A program made the translations under genes and the position numbers. Below the pieces are notes generated by a model. It did not search any database. It was not told the origin of the DNA and saw only the letters and a program-made list of their open reading frames with translations. Below are positions 20,025-30,163 of a stretch of 40,158 bases of DNA, one piece after another. How positions within the stretch are numbered: position 1 is the first letter of the stretch; each line of letters opens with the position of its first letter. The stretch comes from Promethearchaeota archaeon (lineage in GTDB: Archaea; Asgardarchaeota; Lokiarchaeia; Sigyniarchaeales; SOKP01): assembly GCA_011364975.1 (NCBI GenBank), contig RDOE01000024.1, positions 1-40,158 on the forward strand, read 5' to 3'.

Positions 20025-20423
20025 ATGGGAAAAATCTCCAAAAATATGAAAATAACTATCTTAATTGTGGCAATTGCATTCTTTGTGTTTGCCTGGTTAT
20101 ACTTAGTTAATACAAATGTGTATTTAGAAACAATGACTTGGCCTTATAACGATCCCTACTATCCTAGGGCTTTCGGGATTAACTTATTAGTACTTGGAAT
20201 TTTCCTCATTATTTCTTTTTTCAGAAATGAATGGAATCAAGCCAAAATAATTATAGAAATTGTGCTTGTATGGAGCTCCTTAATTTTAATGGCAAATTTA
20301 ATAGAAATTTCTGTGTTATCTCTTCCTTTAGGAGTCATAGTAACCACGTGGAATAATACAATATTTCTTCTTGTTTTAATTGTGGTTACTTTTTATTTTT
20401 ATTTAAAAGAGTTAAATCAATAA
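20025..20423 (+). CDS. Hypothetical integral membrane protein (about 4 TM)
   Basis: Four hydrophobic segments in 132 aa; ATG start. Confidence 0.75.
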   Translation: MGKISKNMKITILIVAIAFFVFAWLYLVNTNVYLETMTWPYNDPYYPRAFGINLLVLGIFLIISFFRNEWNQAKIIIEIVLVWSSLILMANLIEISVLSLPLGVIVTTWNNTIFLLVLIVVTFYFYLKELNQ

Positions 20424-21023
20424 ATCAGGTTTGTTTGATACATGTTTGATTTTTTTAGCTAAACTGTAGTACATTAGAAGCGTTATAGATAAATGGAATG
20501 CTACACAGAAAACTAAACCAAGTGTTATTAAAGTAAAGGAAAGAAGTATGCCCATAAGGAAAGAACCTGCTATGAATATCAATGTTATTCTTAAATTCTT
20601 AAATTTAAACCAAAAATGTAAATGGTAAATTGAGAATATTAGACTGGCTAGTAAAATAATAGAAATAGTATTAAGATTTAATATGGTAATCATAAGCCCT
20701 ATTAAATATAATCTAAAAATTAATTCTTCCATTAACATTGTTAAAGGAAAGAAAAGAAAAAGAATTATCTTGGCTTCATTTTCTAAAAAAGTTGCGGTTA
20801 CATCATGGTTTTTCATCATTTCAATAGCTAATTTATTATAACCATATCTCTGAATGAACAAGCCAAAAAGGAAGACCCCAATTAAACCAATAATAATGAC
20901 TAATATAATGGGAGGATTTATTTCTTTGATACAAAGATATTGAGTAAAAAGTCCAAATGATAAAGGAATAAATAAAATTAAGTCTAAAAATGTAATAAAA
21001 ATGTATTTTTTTAAATTCTTCAC
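20412..21023 (-). CDS. CPBP-family (CAAX/Abi, Rce1-like) intramembrane glutamic protease
   Basis: MEELIFR (EExxxR), FSIYH (FxxxH), AFH motifs within multi-TM protein. Confidence 0.88.
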   Translation of the reverse strand: MKNLKKYIFITFLDLILFIPLSFGLFTQYLCIKEINPPIILVIIIGLIGVFLFGLFIQRYGYNKLAIEMMKNHDVTATFLENEAKIILFLFFPLTMLMEELIFRLYLIGLMITILNLNTISIILLASLIFSIYHLHFWFKFKNLRITLIFIAGSFLMGILLSFTLITLGLVFCVAFHLSITLLMYYSLAKKIKHVSNKPDLLI

Positions 21024-21068
21024 AATCGAAAATCCAGTATAATGTTATACTTATATGTATTAGTTTTT

Positions 21069-21965
21069 TTAAGGATTTACTGAAATTTTATTTTTAAGAT
21101 TTACATCAAAGTAATTAATTACGATATCAAATAAAAAACTCAGATAAACTTTATCAATCTTAATCTTAAATTCGTTATATAAGTAATCTGTAATTACTGT
21201 GTTTATATATTTGTCTTGGCTGACAACCTCATCAAGAATTGACGCAATTATTGAACTTTCGGATTCTTTCTCCTCTTCCTGACTTTGTGTATTAGCAAAA
21301 TCAACAATAGCTTTTGAATAAGTATAAGCTTTATTTATTTCATTTATCAAGGTAATATAACTATATCCTAAATCAAATTCATTAAGAAATTGGTTAACAA
21401 TCTGCCTTTCAACCTTAGCTTTTTTTTCCTCTATAATTTTATAAGGATCTTTTATTACTTTATTTCCTTCTAAAACTAGGCAGTCTTTAAACGATTTTTT
21501 TTCTTTTTTATACTCTTCTTCAGAAATAATAAATAATTCGAAATCAAATGTATTTTTAATAATATAATTGAAGAAATTCTTAATATGGGTATTCAAGAAG
21601 GGTTGATGTGAGATTAGAACAATCTTATTCTTATAGAAAATAGCTCTTAATATGTTACTAAGAAGTGTAAGAGTCATGTTTAATTTAATTAAATCCAAAT
21701 TTAGAATAGCTTTATCTGGTAAACTTATATCTTTAATCTTCTTTTCTTCGGGAAAATCAGGTATTTCAATTTGAAAATCTGCAATAAAGTAATCTCTTAC
21801 AGCAAAATTCTTGTCAATATAAGCAATAAATGAATGTTGGCATACATAATTTGATGTTACATTAACAGCTAGTAAACCACGTGAAGTTGACTTAATAAGA
21901 TCATCAGAAATCTCTATATAACCAGTTTTTTTACATGAAGGGCATATAATTTGAACCGTTGTCAA
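21069..21965 (-). CDS. Hypothetical protein with N-terminal CxxC..CxH domain and alpha/beta C-terminal region
   Basis: 298-aa ORF, TTG start preceded by GGTGAG SD; paralogous N-terminus with 17153..17668. Confidence 0.8.
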   Translation of the reverse strand: MTTVQIICPSCKKTGYIEISDDLIKSTSRGLLAVNVTSNYVCQHSFIAYIDKNFAVRDYFIADFQIEIPDFPEEKKIKDISLPDKAILNLDLIKLNMTLTLLSNILRAIFYKNKIVLISHQPFLNTHIKNFFNYIIKNTFDFELFIISEEEYKKEKKSFKDCLVLEGNKVIKDPYKIIEEKKAKVERQIVNQFLNEFDLGYSYITLINEINKAYTYSKAIVDFANTQSQEEEKESESSIIASILDEVVSQDKYINTVITDYLYNEFKIKIDKVYLSFLFDIVINYFDVNLKNKISVNP

Positions 21966-21995
21966 TTAAAACTCACCATTTAGACAATAAGAATA

Positions 21996-22724
21996 TTAGA
22001 AATAAATTTTCATTGAACTGGAGGTAATAATAACCAAACCACTAATTTTTATTATCAAGGAAGCTAAGAAAATTACGAATCTAAACTCTACTCCAAAAAA
22101 CGCCTGAAGTGGGGCAACGATGAATTCACTTTCTATAATTGAGCCAAAAAAATAACAAATTGCTCCTAAAACAAATATAAACGAAACCTTACGTAATTCT
22201 GGTCTCTTTATTCCAATATATATGAATAAAGCAGGAATAAGGACCATTACTAATGAACCTAACATTCCGACTGCCGAAATTAATTGGAAATCTTCAGCTG
22301 TAAACACAGGGTAAATTATTTGGAATAATGCTACTCCAAGCAAAAAGTACGCTAAAAATCCTTTAAATTTGAATCTAAGCATTTTTCTATCTATAATGAA
22401 TAGGAGTATTACAAAACTTAAGGAAGAAATAAAACTCGCAATCTTCCAGTAGATAACGTTAGGAAATATATGGAGGAGGGCTTGATCGTATAATGTCAAA
22501 TAAAAATCAAAGTAAAAATAGATTAATCTTGAGATTAACAATCCCAACATTAAAATAAAGATTCCAAAGATAAAATTGATTTCAAATTTACCTCTCTCTT
22601 TTCTCTTTTTCAATACTCTGCTTCCTAAGTAAATGGTTAATAAGAATTTAGAAATTAGGAGTAAAATTGTTAATGTGAATAGTAAATTGTATTCAAAACT
22701 ATAAGGAATTAATGTCATAATCAT
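21996..22724 (-). CDS. Hypothetical 7-TM membrane protein
   Basis: Seven hydrophobic segments in 242 aa, basic loop after TM1 (KKRKERGK). Confidence 0.8.
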   Translation of the reverse strand: MIMTLIPYSFEYNLLFTLTILLLISKFLLTIYLGSRVLKKRKERGKFEINFIFGIFILMLGLLISRLIYFYFDFYLTLYDQALLHIFPNVIYWKIASFISSLSFVILLFIIDRKMLRFKFKGFLAYFLLGVALFQIIYPVFTAEDFQLISAVGMLGSLVMVLIPALFIYIGIKRPELRKVSFIFVLGAICYFFGSIIESEFIVAPLQAFFGVEFRFVIFLASLIIKISGLVIITSSSMKIYF

Positions 22725-22873
22725 CTGATATTCTAAATCAACAACTTATTTTACATTATTATAAAAGATTCTTTATTTATTCTTTTTCAAAATAAAAAAA
22801 TTATTAATTTATAAATATAAACCGAGTTTCTTTATCATAGGTTAATAAATTTTAAAATATACTATATACAGGA

Positions 22874-24409
22874 ATGTCTAAAATGACTGAAATTTATCAA
22901 AAGTTATTAAATCTCGTAAATAAGAATAGAATTTCAAACAACATTTATGTAAGGCATGCTTATTCCAGGAATGTCGATATTTTATTACAAGGAATCCCAG
23001 ATATAGTGATCCGTCCTACTAGTGTTGAAGAAATTTCTGAAATTCTTAAAGTAGCGAATGAAGAAAATGTTGCTATAATTCCTCGGGGAGGCGGTGATTG
23101 CGAGTTTGGGGGGAGTAAACCTATTAACAATGGTGGAATTGTGCTTGATCTTAAAGCAATGGATAGGATTATTAATCTCGATCAGGATAATCTCTTAGTG
23201 ACCGTTGAAGCAGGGATTTCATGGGCTAAATTAAATGAATATTTATGCCATTTTGGGCTTTATACCGGATGTATGGGGCCAGGCTCCGGTATGACAGCAT
23301 CCATTGGAGGAGGTATATCTCATCATTCGGTTGGAGGAGGTGGTTGTGCAAAATATGGTGCCTGTACTAATCAGTTAGTTTCATTGGAAGTTGTATTACC
23401 TACGGGTGATATTATAGAAACTGGTTCTTCTTCAAACAAATTCACAAAAAATCCTTTTAATAGATTTGGAAATGGACCTGATTTAATGGGCTTATTTTGC
23501 GGAGATAATGGTATTTATGGCATTAAAACCAAGATTACGTTGAAAGTATTTCCTAAACCAGAATATGCTACCTATAAGACTTTTCAATTACCAAGAAAAG
23601 AAAGAGAAGTCTCAGCTAATATTATGATGCAAGTTAGACAAAAGGGGATTGATGTATATGATTTAATGTATATTATGGATCTTTTAGTACGAGTTACGAC
23701 TCAAGAAAAATTCATGCCGTTATGGGAACACCTAAAAAAGAAACGAGGAGTCATCTTCTATACAATAGAAGCTAATTCAGAGCAACAATTAGAACAGGAA
23801 GTTAAAAAACTAGATAATATTATGAAAAACAATAACTGTGAGGACTTAGGACCAGAAATTTCCGATGGCAATATAGCAAAATGGCATTATACTGAACAAG
23901 GACATTGGCAATTTTATCATAATCTATGGGGTATTTTTCCAACTATGCAACCTTTATCTGCAGAATGCTTTGCTCCAATCAATAAGTATCCTATGATTCT
24001 GGATGACATAGACCAATGGGATCAAGAACATAATGCAGATATACAAAAAATTTTTGAAATTACTAAAACAAGGCCAATCGTGGGGAGTGGACCAGTAGTA
24101 TTGATTGATGGAAATAATGTTGAAATCACCTGTGGATTTACAAGTTTTTGGAAATATTTCGATGGTAAGCTCCATGATATTATTGAAGAGACAAATTATA
24201 AATTGTGGAGCTCAATATTAGAACGAGTGACTAAGCACGGAGTTCAGTGGTATATGATGGGTGATTATATGTCTCGCCTTATGGTTGATATTGGCGCTTA
24301 TTCAAATGAATATTACCAACTAATGAAATCTATTAAAAAAGTGGTCGATCCCAATATGATATTAAGCAGAGGAAAATTTAATTTCTGGGGTGATAATCGA
24401 AGTGAGTGA
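22874..24409 (+). CDS. FAD-binding oxidoreductase (GlcD/alkyl-DHAP-synthase-like)
   Basis: PDIVIRP, PRGGG, LDLKAMDRII, VEAGI, LEVVLPTGDII, GDNGIYGIKT, DPNMILSRG. Confidence 0.92.
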   Translation: MSKMTEIYQKLLNLVNKNRISNNIYVRHAYSRNVDILLQGIPDIVIRPTSVEEISEILKVANEENVAIIPRGGGDCEFGGSKPINNGGIVLDLKAMDRIINLDQDNLLVTVEAGISWAKLNEYLCHFGLYTGCMGPGSGMTASIGGGISHHSVGGGGCAKYGACTNQLVSLEVVLPTGDIIETGSSSNKFTKNPFNRFGNGPDLMGLFCGDNGIYGIKTKITLKVFPKPEYATYKTFQLPRKEREVSANIMMQVRQKGIDVYDLMYIMDLLVRVTTQEKFMPLWEHLKKKRGVIFYTIEANSEQQLEQEVKKLDNIMKNNNCEDLGPEISDGNIAKWHYTEQGHWQFYHNLWGIFPTMQPLSAECFAPINKYPMILDDIDQWDQEHNADIQKIFEITKTRPIVGSGPVVLIDGNNVEITCGFTSFWKYFDGKLHDIIEETNYKLWSSILERVTKHGVQWYMMGDYMSRLMVDIGAYSNEYYQLMKSIKKVVDPNMILSRGKFNFWGDNRSE

Positions 24410-25637
24410 ATTAAAGCATTTAAAGGAACAATGGAAAGCTATCTTCTCATGCATGGGCTGCGGAGATTGTGGGTATTCTATTCGAACAGCAGTGGGAAGA
24501 TATTTGACCTGTGCTGTAAAGGAAGCAAAAGGAGAAGAAGCATTTGAGCTTAGCTTTTCTAGAGGTAGGATGAATGTGCTTAGATCTATTTTAGAGGGAA
24601 AAATTCCTTTAAGCAGAGAATTAGCGGAATGGATATATGAATGTTCGGAATGTGGTAATTGTACTGAAGCCTGCCATATGACTCAAAATGACCAAATTAT
24701 CTTGCCAACCTGTAATTGGATTGATCATGTAAAAGTTTGGGATGCCCTAAGAAAAGACTTAGTAGAGGCAGGTTTTGCCCCATTGGAACGACATCATCAA
24801 CTTATAGATTATATGATAAATGATTCTATGAATAACCCTTATGGAGAGACCAAGGAAACTAAAAATCAATGGGTAAATCAATTTCCAGAAATTAAAGAAA
24901 AGGGGGATTTTGTATTTTTCGGAGGCTGTACTATGCCTTTAAGGCAACTAGATACATTAAAGAGTATGATGCTGATATTAAAAGCAGCAGGAAAAGATAT
25001 AGCATTCTCAAAAGATGAATGGTGCTGTGGTTCCATTACTTTGCGAATTGGTGATGAAAAACCCATATTTGAGTATATTAATCACAATGTTGAGATATTC
25101 AAGAATTTAGGCGCAAAAACTATATTTACAGCTTGTGCAGGCTGTTATCGCACTTGGAAAAAAGACTATCCCGAATTATTAGGACAACAATTACCTTTTG
25201 AAGTTAAACATATTACAGAGATTATAGTGGAATTATTAAGAAACAATCAAATCCCATTCAAGCAAATTGATCGTAAACCTGTAAAGGTCACATATCATGA
25301 TCCTTGTCACCTTGGACGTCATATGGGGCTATATGAGATTCCACGGGAATTAATTTCGAAAATACCTGGTGTTGAACTCATCGAAATGAAAAGGAATAAA
25401 AAGAATGCATGGTGCTGCGGTGCAGGAGGAGGAATTAAAAGCCAATTCCCTGAATTAGCCATTGATATATCTAAAGAACGAATAAGGGAAGCAATGGAAA
25501 CTGGTGCAGAAATCTTAACTACAAGCTGTCCGTTTTGCCTAGGAAATTTAACTGATGCTTACGAAACATTGGAACTGGAAGAGAAGGAAAAAATTAAAGT
25601 TATGGATATTCTCGATTTAATAGCTTCAAAAATATAA
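24402..25637 (+). CDS. Fe-S oxidoreductase, GlpC/GlcF/HdrD-like (CCG domains)
   Basis: CMGCGDC..C, CSECGNCTEAC, WCCGS, YHDPCHLGR, CCGAGGG, SCPFC. Start placed at GTG 24402 (GGGGTGA SD at 24387-24393, overlap with upstream stop) rather than 24390. Confidence 0.9.
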   Translation: MSELKHLKEQWKAIFSCMGCGDCGYSIRTAVGRYLTCAVKEAKGEEAFELSFSRGRMNVLRSILEGKIPLSRELAEWIYECSECGNCTEACHMTQNDQIILPTCNWIDHVKVWDALRKDLVEAGFAPLERHHQLIDYMINDSMNNPYGETKETKNQWVNQFPEIKEKGDFVFFGGCTMPLRQLDTLKSMMLILKAAGKDIAFSKDEWCCGSITLRIGDEKPIFEYINHNVEIFKNLGAKTIFTACAGCYRTWKKDYPELLGQQLPFEVKHITEIIVELLRNNQIPFKQIDRKPVKVTYHDPCHLGRHMGLYEIPRELISKIPGVELIEMKRNKKNAWCCGAGGGIKSQFPELAIDISKERIREAMETGAEILTTSCPFCLGNLTDAYETLELEEKEKIKVMDILDLIASKI

Positions 25638-25676
25638 ATCAAAATTTTAATTTTTTTTTATATGTTTTAATTTCTC

Positions 25677-26684
25677 TCAAGGGTTTTTCTTAGAATATGC
25701 CTCTAAAACAAACTCAACAGCTCTTTTGCCATCATTAAAATCGGGGCGTTCTTGCTTTTTATTTACAACACATCTTACAAAATGATCAATTAATAAATGT
25801 TGCCCTATGCTATTTCTTGAAGCTCTTGTTTTTAAATATAGTTTGATATTTTGATTTGATTTTAGTATTTTGGGGTTAAATGATATAGGGTCAGGAGAAT
25901 GGAGATCAAATCTCATGGTCCCTTTTTTCCCAAATATTTCTAATACATCAGAAGGTGCATTACACCATGAAACGGTTATAACTCCTAATACACCATTTTG
26001 GAATCTAATTAAAACACTACAATTATCTTCGTTAGCTATATCCTTACATGAAGTATTATAACTATAACCCTCAACTTTAGAATATTCACCTACTAAATAG
26101 CGGAGTAGGTCAATTGAATGTACTCCTAGATCCATAAGTACCCCACCACCCGCTTTATCAGCATTAAAAAACCATTTTTCTTTTGATAAAGGTTTCCAAG
26201 AAGTATAAGGACCATAATGACTGAATATATGTCTAACAGTATTAATTTCTCCAATAATATTATTATCGATGATAGTTTTTACAAGGGGTAAATGGGGATT
26301 ATATCTTTTCTGAAAAGAAGCAAAATATATTAAATTGCTTTTCTTAAGCACTCCTTCGATACTATTTAGCTCTTGATGAGATATTGCAATAGGTTTTTCA
26401 CATAAGATATTACAACCATGCTTTATTGCCTTTATTGTCATTTCAGCATGTAAATAGTTAGGAGAACAAATTGAAACTATATCCAAGTTTTCATTCTCCA
26501 ACATTAATTTCCAATTATCACCCCAATACACTCCAGGTATATTAAACTTCTCAGAAGCTCTTTTTGCACTTGCTTCAGTACCAGAAGCTACAGCAACTAA
26601 TTGACAATTATCATTTTTAATATAACCAGATAGGTGGATATTTCCAAATCCTCCAGCACCTATCAATCCTACCTTCAATTTCAT
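25677..26684 (-). CDS. Gfo/Idh/MocA-family NAD(P)-dependent oxidoreductase
   Basis: GLIGAGGFG, SPNYLH, LCEKP, GGGVLMDLGVHSID motifs. Confidence 0.93.
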   Translation of the reverse strand: MKLKVGLIGAGGFGNIHLSGYIKNDNCQLVAVASGTEASAKRASEKFNIPGVYWGDNWKLMLENENLDIVSICSPNYLHAEMTIKAIKHGCNILCEKPIAISHQELNSIEGVLKKSNLIYFASFQKRYNPHLPLVKTIIDNNIIGEINTVRHIFSHYGPYTSWKPLSKEKWFFNADKAGGGVLMDLGVHSIDLLRYLVGEYSKVEGYSYNTSCKDIANEDNCSVLIRFQNGVLGVITVSWCNAPSDVLEIFGKKGTMRFDLHSPDPISFNPKILKSNQNIKLYLKTRASRNSIGQHLLIDHFVRCVVNKKQERPDFNDGKRAVEFVLEAYSKKNP

Positions 26685-26779
26685 AATTATACTTTTAAAT
26701 ATGCATTAATCCTATTAATTTACAATAATTATCATAAAAGATAAGCATTTCATAATTTAATAGAAAATCCAACTGATTA

Positions 26780-28201
26780 TTGATGCATGACCCAAAATAT
26801 CTCTCTAAGGAAGAAATAGAAAAAATTTTAACTAGCCCCTTAAGCAATGAGGAGATAACGAAATGTCGCGAAAATCATCTTTTAGTAAATTCTAGACAAG
26901 AGGTAATAACTGGGGGTACCGAACCTGGATCTGTATATTTTAAAACTATTGAAGGACGTCAAATTTTAGATTGCACTTCTCAAGCTTGGGTATTTAATCT
27001 AGGACATAATAATCCAGATATTAATTATGCTATAAGTGTCCAATCTAAAGAAACCACTCATACCTGGTCATATTTTCTAACCCCTGTAAGAGTAAGATTA
27101 GCCAATAAATTAGCGCAGATTGCTCCAGGCCAATTAAAGGGGGGAAAAATTAGTGTAAATAACTCTGGGGGCGGATTGGCACTTGAATGCGCCATTAAAG
27201 TGGCAATGATAAATAATAAAAAGGGCGATCAATTCATCGTGTTTCGCCGTGGATATCATGGATCGAGTTTAGCAATGATGGGGGCTTCACAAAGATTACC
27301 AATGAGATTTTCGGGATTTGGGCTAGAACATTGGATAAAAACCTTTTATCCCTATTGTTATAGATGTCCTTGGAATTATACTGAGGGCTTTGAAGGTAAG
27401 AGGGACAAATCTTGTAATTTAGAGTGTTTAGAAATGGTGCGACAACAAATTGAGATGTATCCCACCTCAACCCCTATTGGATGCATAATAGAACCCATGC
27501 AGGGCCCAGGGGGCCAGATTCCAGCACCAATCGAATTTTTGATAGGACTCAAGAAGATTTGCGAATTAAATAAAATCATCTTGATTTATGATGAGGCGCA
27601 AACCGGTTTTGGTCGTACTGGAAAAATGTTTGCTACAGAATGGTATGCATCGATCTATAATAAAGATATCTCACCTGATATCATGACATTAACAAAAGGT
27701 GCAGCGGCAGGAATTCCCATTGGAATCACAATAGCATCCCCCAAGTTAAGAATGCTCACCGAATTTGAAGATCACTCTACTTTTTCCTCTCCTGGATTAG
27801 CGATGGCTGCTTGTTTAGTAAATATTGAAATTTTGCAGAAAAATAGAATTCCCGATAATGCCGCTAAACAAGGAAACACTATTTCATCATTTATTAAGGA
27901 CCTTTCTGAGGATATTCCTCAGATTGGAGATGTTAGAGGGCCAGGATTATTTATAGGTGTTGAATTTATTAAAGATCGTGAATCTCGAGAACCTTATAAC
28001 GACTTATTAGAGAAATTGATTCATATAGGTTGGAAAAATGGTATTTTTTTTGGTGAACAGATGCAAATTATGTCAACAGCGGGCTATTTCATTCAAAATA
28101 TTTTAAAAATAAAACCACCACTTATAATAAATGATGATGATGCCGTACGAATATGTGAGTTATTCGAACAATCTCTTAAAGAGGCTCTTAAATCTTTATA
28201 A
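26780..28201 (+). CDS. Class III PLP-dependent aminotransferase
   Basis: LGHNNP, RGYHGSS, IEPMQGPGG, DEAQTGFGRTG, TLTKG (PLP Lys), VRGPGLFIGVE; start TTG 26780 or ATG 26783. Confidence 0.93.
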   Translation: MMHDPKYLSKEEIEKILTSPLSNEEITKCRENHLLVNSRQEVITGGTEPGSVYFKTIEGRQILDCTSQAWVFNLGHNNPDINYAISVQSKETTHTWSYFLTPVRVRLANKLAQIAPGQLKGGKISVNNSGGGLALECAIKVAMINNKKGDQFIVFRRGYHGSSLAMMGASQRLPMRFSGFGLEHWIKTFYPYCYRCPWNYTEGFEGKRDKSCNLECLEMVRQQIEMYPTSTPIGCIIEPMQGPGGQIPAPIEFLIGLKKICELNKIILIYDEAQTGFGRTGKMFATEWYASIYNKDISPDIMTLTKGAAAGIPIGITIASPKLRMLTEFEDHSTFSSPGLAMAACLVNIEILQKNRIPDNAAKQGNTISSFIKDLSEDIPQIGDVRGPGLFIGVEFIKDRESREPYNDLLEKLIHIGWKNGIFFGEQMQIMSTAGYFIQNILKIKPPLIINDDDAVRICELFEQSLKEALKSL

Positions 28202-28299
28202 ATAAGGTTCTATATATTTTCAAGTACTAATTCATTTTCATTCAAATTCTTCTGAAGATTGTTAATAATATTATAAAATGATAAATCATTCTCTTATGT

Positions 28300-28956
28300 A
28301 TGGAGGATATTAGCATTTATTTACAACCAACAGAATTTTTTGATTTTGATAAAAAAGAAGTTAGCGATAAAGCTCATGAGATTACTAAAGGATTAAAATC
28401 TGATAAAGAAAAAGCAGTAAAGTTATTCTATTGGGTTAGAAATGAGATTAAATACAATATGATGACGTATATACCTAAAGTTAAAAAAAATTTTAAAGCA
28501 AGTGAAACCCTACGAAGAGGTGATGGTTTTTGTGTGTCAAAATCTATTTTACTCTCTTCTTTTGCTCGAGCAGTTGGAATCCCCGCAAGAATTCATTTAG
28601 TTGATTTAATTAATCATAAAATTTCTCAAAAAGTAATAGATTTTATGGGTACTAATGTAATGCATTATCATGGCTACAGTGAGTTTTATTTAAACAATAA
28701 ATGGATTAAATTAACACCTTCTTTTGATATTAACACAGCAATTAAAGGTAAATTTTTACCAATGGTCGAATTTGATGGAGAACATGATGCGATATTTCCT
28801 AAATTTGATAACGAGGGAAACGTTTTCGGGGAATACATTATGGATAGGGGAGTTCATGCAGATTTACCCCTTGATGACATCGATAAGGTATTTTCAGAAA
28901 AATATACTAATTATAGATCCATTTTCAATAAAGAATCAAAATGGAAGGTGGCTTAA
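28300..28956 (+). CDS. Transglutaminase-like domain protein
   Basis: GFCVSKS (catalytic Cys), RAVGIPAR, HGYSEFYLNNKW. Confidence 0.88.
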   Translation: MEDISIYLQPTEFFDFDKKEVSDKAHEITKGLKSDKEKAVKLFYWVRNEIKYNMMTYIPKVKKNFKASETLRRGDGFCVSKSILLSSFARAVGIPARIHLVDLINHKISQKVIDFMGTNVMHYHGYSEFYLNNKWIKLTPSFDINTAIKGKFLPMVEFDGEHDAIFPKFDNEGNVFGEYIMDRGVHADLPLDDIDKVFSEKYTNYRSIFNKESKWKVA

Positions 28957-29119
28957 AGTAATTTTAATCATACTTTAATTCATAGTTATTGTTTTAAAAC
29001 CGTAATAACTTTATTTATTAATATAAGAATTATAATCAATAAAAATTTAAAATCAAAAACTAACTTATTAGTAATTAATAATAATTTAGATTTAATTTAT
29101 TACGCTGAGTAGGTGAAAA

Positions 29120-30043
29120 ATGCCAATAGGAATATTTTTATATGAAATTGATGAGTCATTTGGCCCTAATGTTTTAGCAGAATATTATTTAGATCAGAAT
29201 CATAAAGTAAAACAAGAAATCTTACGAGATTTTGAAGATAAACATATTCAAAAGGAATTTTCGTATACTCTTTTTCGAAAGAATGATCTTCGCTATTATT
29301 CTACTAAACTTAAATCAGAAGCCATTCAAAAGGAAAATCTTTTCCTTGGATTTGTCTTCAAACAAGGAGAGGATTTAGTCTCCTTAAAAAGTATATTTGA
29401 AACCCTTGGAGTGAAAATTATTAAGGGTTATACTAAAGAAAGAGGGGACATGGAAAAACTTCTAAAGGATGAGTTTAATAGTATTTTCAGTTTAATGGAA
29501 AAATTGAAGGAACCTGCCCTGATTAAAGAAACTATAAATGAAAAAACGAAAATCATGCTTGATAATGGTAAGTTACAAGAAGCTAGGGAATTAATTGATC
29601 TAGGAGAAGATATTCCTTCTAAATTATCTGAAGAAATTAAATTAGCAAATGAGCTACTAAAAGACCGTTTTTATAAAAAAGCTAAAAAAAGTTTTTTAAA
29701 AGCAGCAGATTTAGCAGAACTTATCCAAGAAGAAGACATTGTTTCGTTTTTAAAAAGTAAAGCGGAACAAGTAGGTACATTTCCAGAATTAATTAGAGAA
29801 CAAGAAAATATAATTAAGGGTATTCAAGAAAAAATCGAAGAATTACACAAAAATCAACTTCATCTCTATCATGAAATATTAAGACCGATTGATAGATTAA
29901 TTAATATATCTAATTCATTTGAAGAATTGAAATCCATAGAAATCTTAACAGAACTCTATAATAATATCAAGAGAGCTGATGAAATTGCTAAAGAACTCTT
30001 TAATTTAGATAAAAAGGTAAAAGAAAATTTTGAGAAAATTTAA
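29120..30043 (+). CDS. Hypothetical protein with longin/uDENN-like N-terminus and helical C-terminus
   Basis: GIFLYEIDESFGPNVL beta-hairpin-GP start; helical-repeat C-terminus; AGGTGA SD upstream. Confidence 0.75.
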   Translation: MPIGIFLYEIDESFGPNVLAEYYLDQNHKVKQEILRDFEDKHIQKEFSYTLFRKNDLRYYSTKLKSEAIQKENLFLGFVFKQGEDLVSLKSIFETLGVKIIKGYTKERGDMEKLLKDEFNSIFSLMEKLKEPALIKETINEKTKIMLDNGKLQEARELIDLGEDIPSKLSEEIKLANELLKDRFYKKAKKSFLKAADLAELIQEEDIVSFLKSKAEQVGTFPELIREQENIIKGIQEKIEELHKNQLHLYHEILRPIDRLINISNSFEELKSIEILTELYNNIKRADEIAKELFNLDKKVKENFEKI

Positions 30044-30163
30044 TTTGTTTTCCTAATCTCTATAATCTTTTAATAATTTGTCATTTTATCAAAAGTTCTC
30101 GAAAATTAATAACAATATAATAAGTAACAAAAGAAGATGGGAGATATACTTAATTTAACGTAT

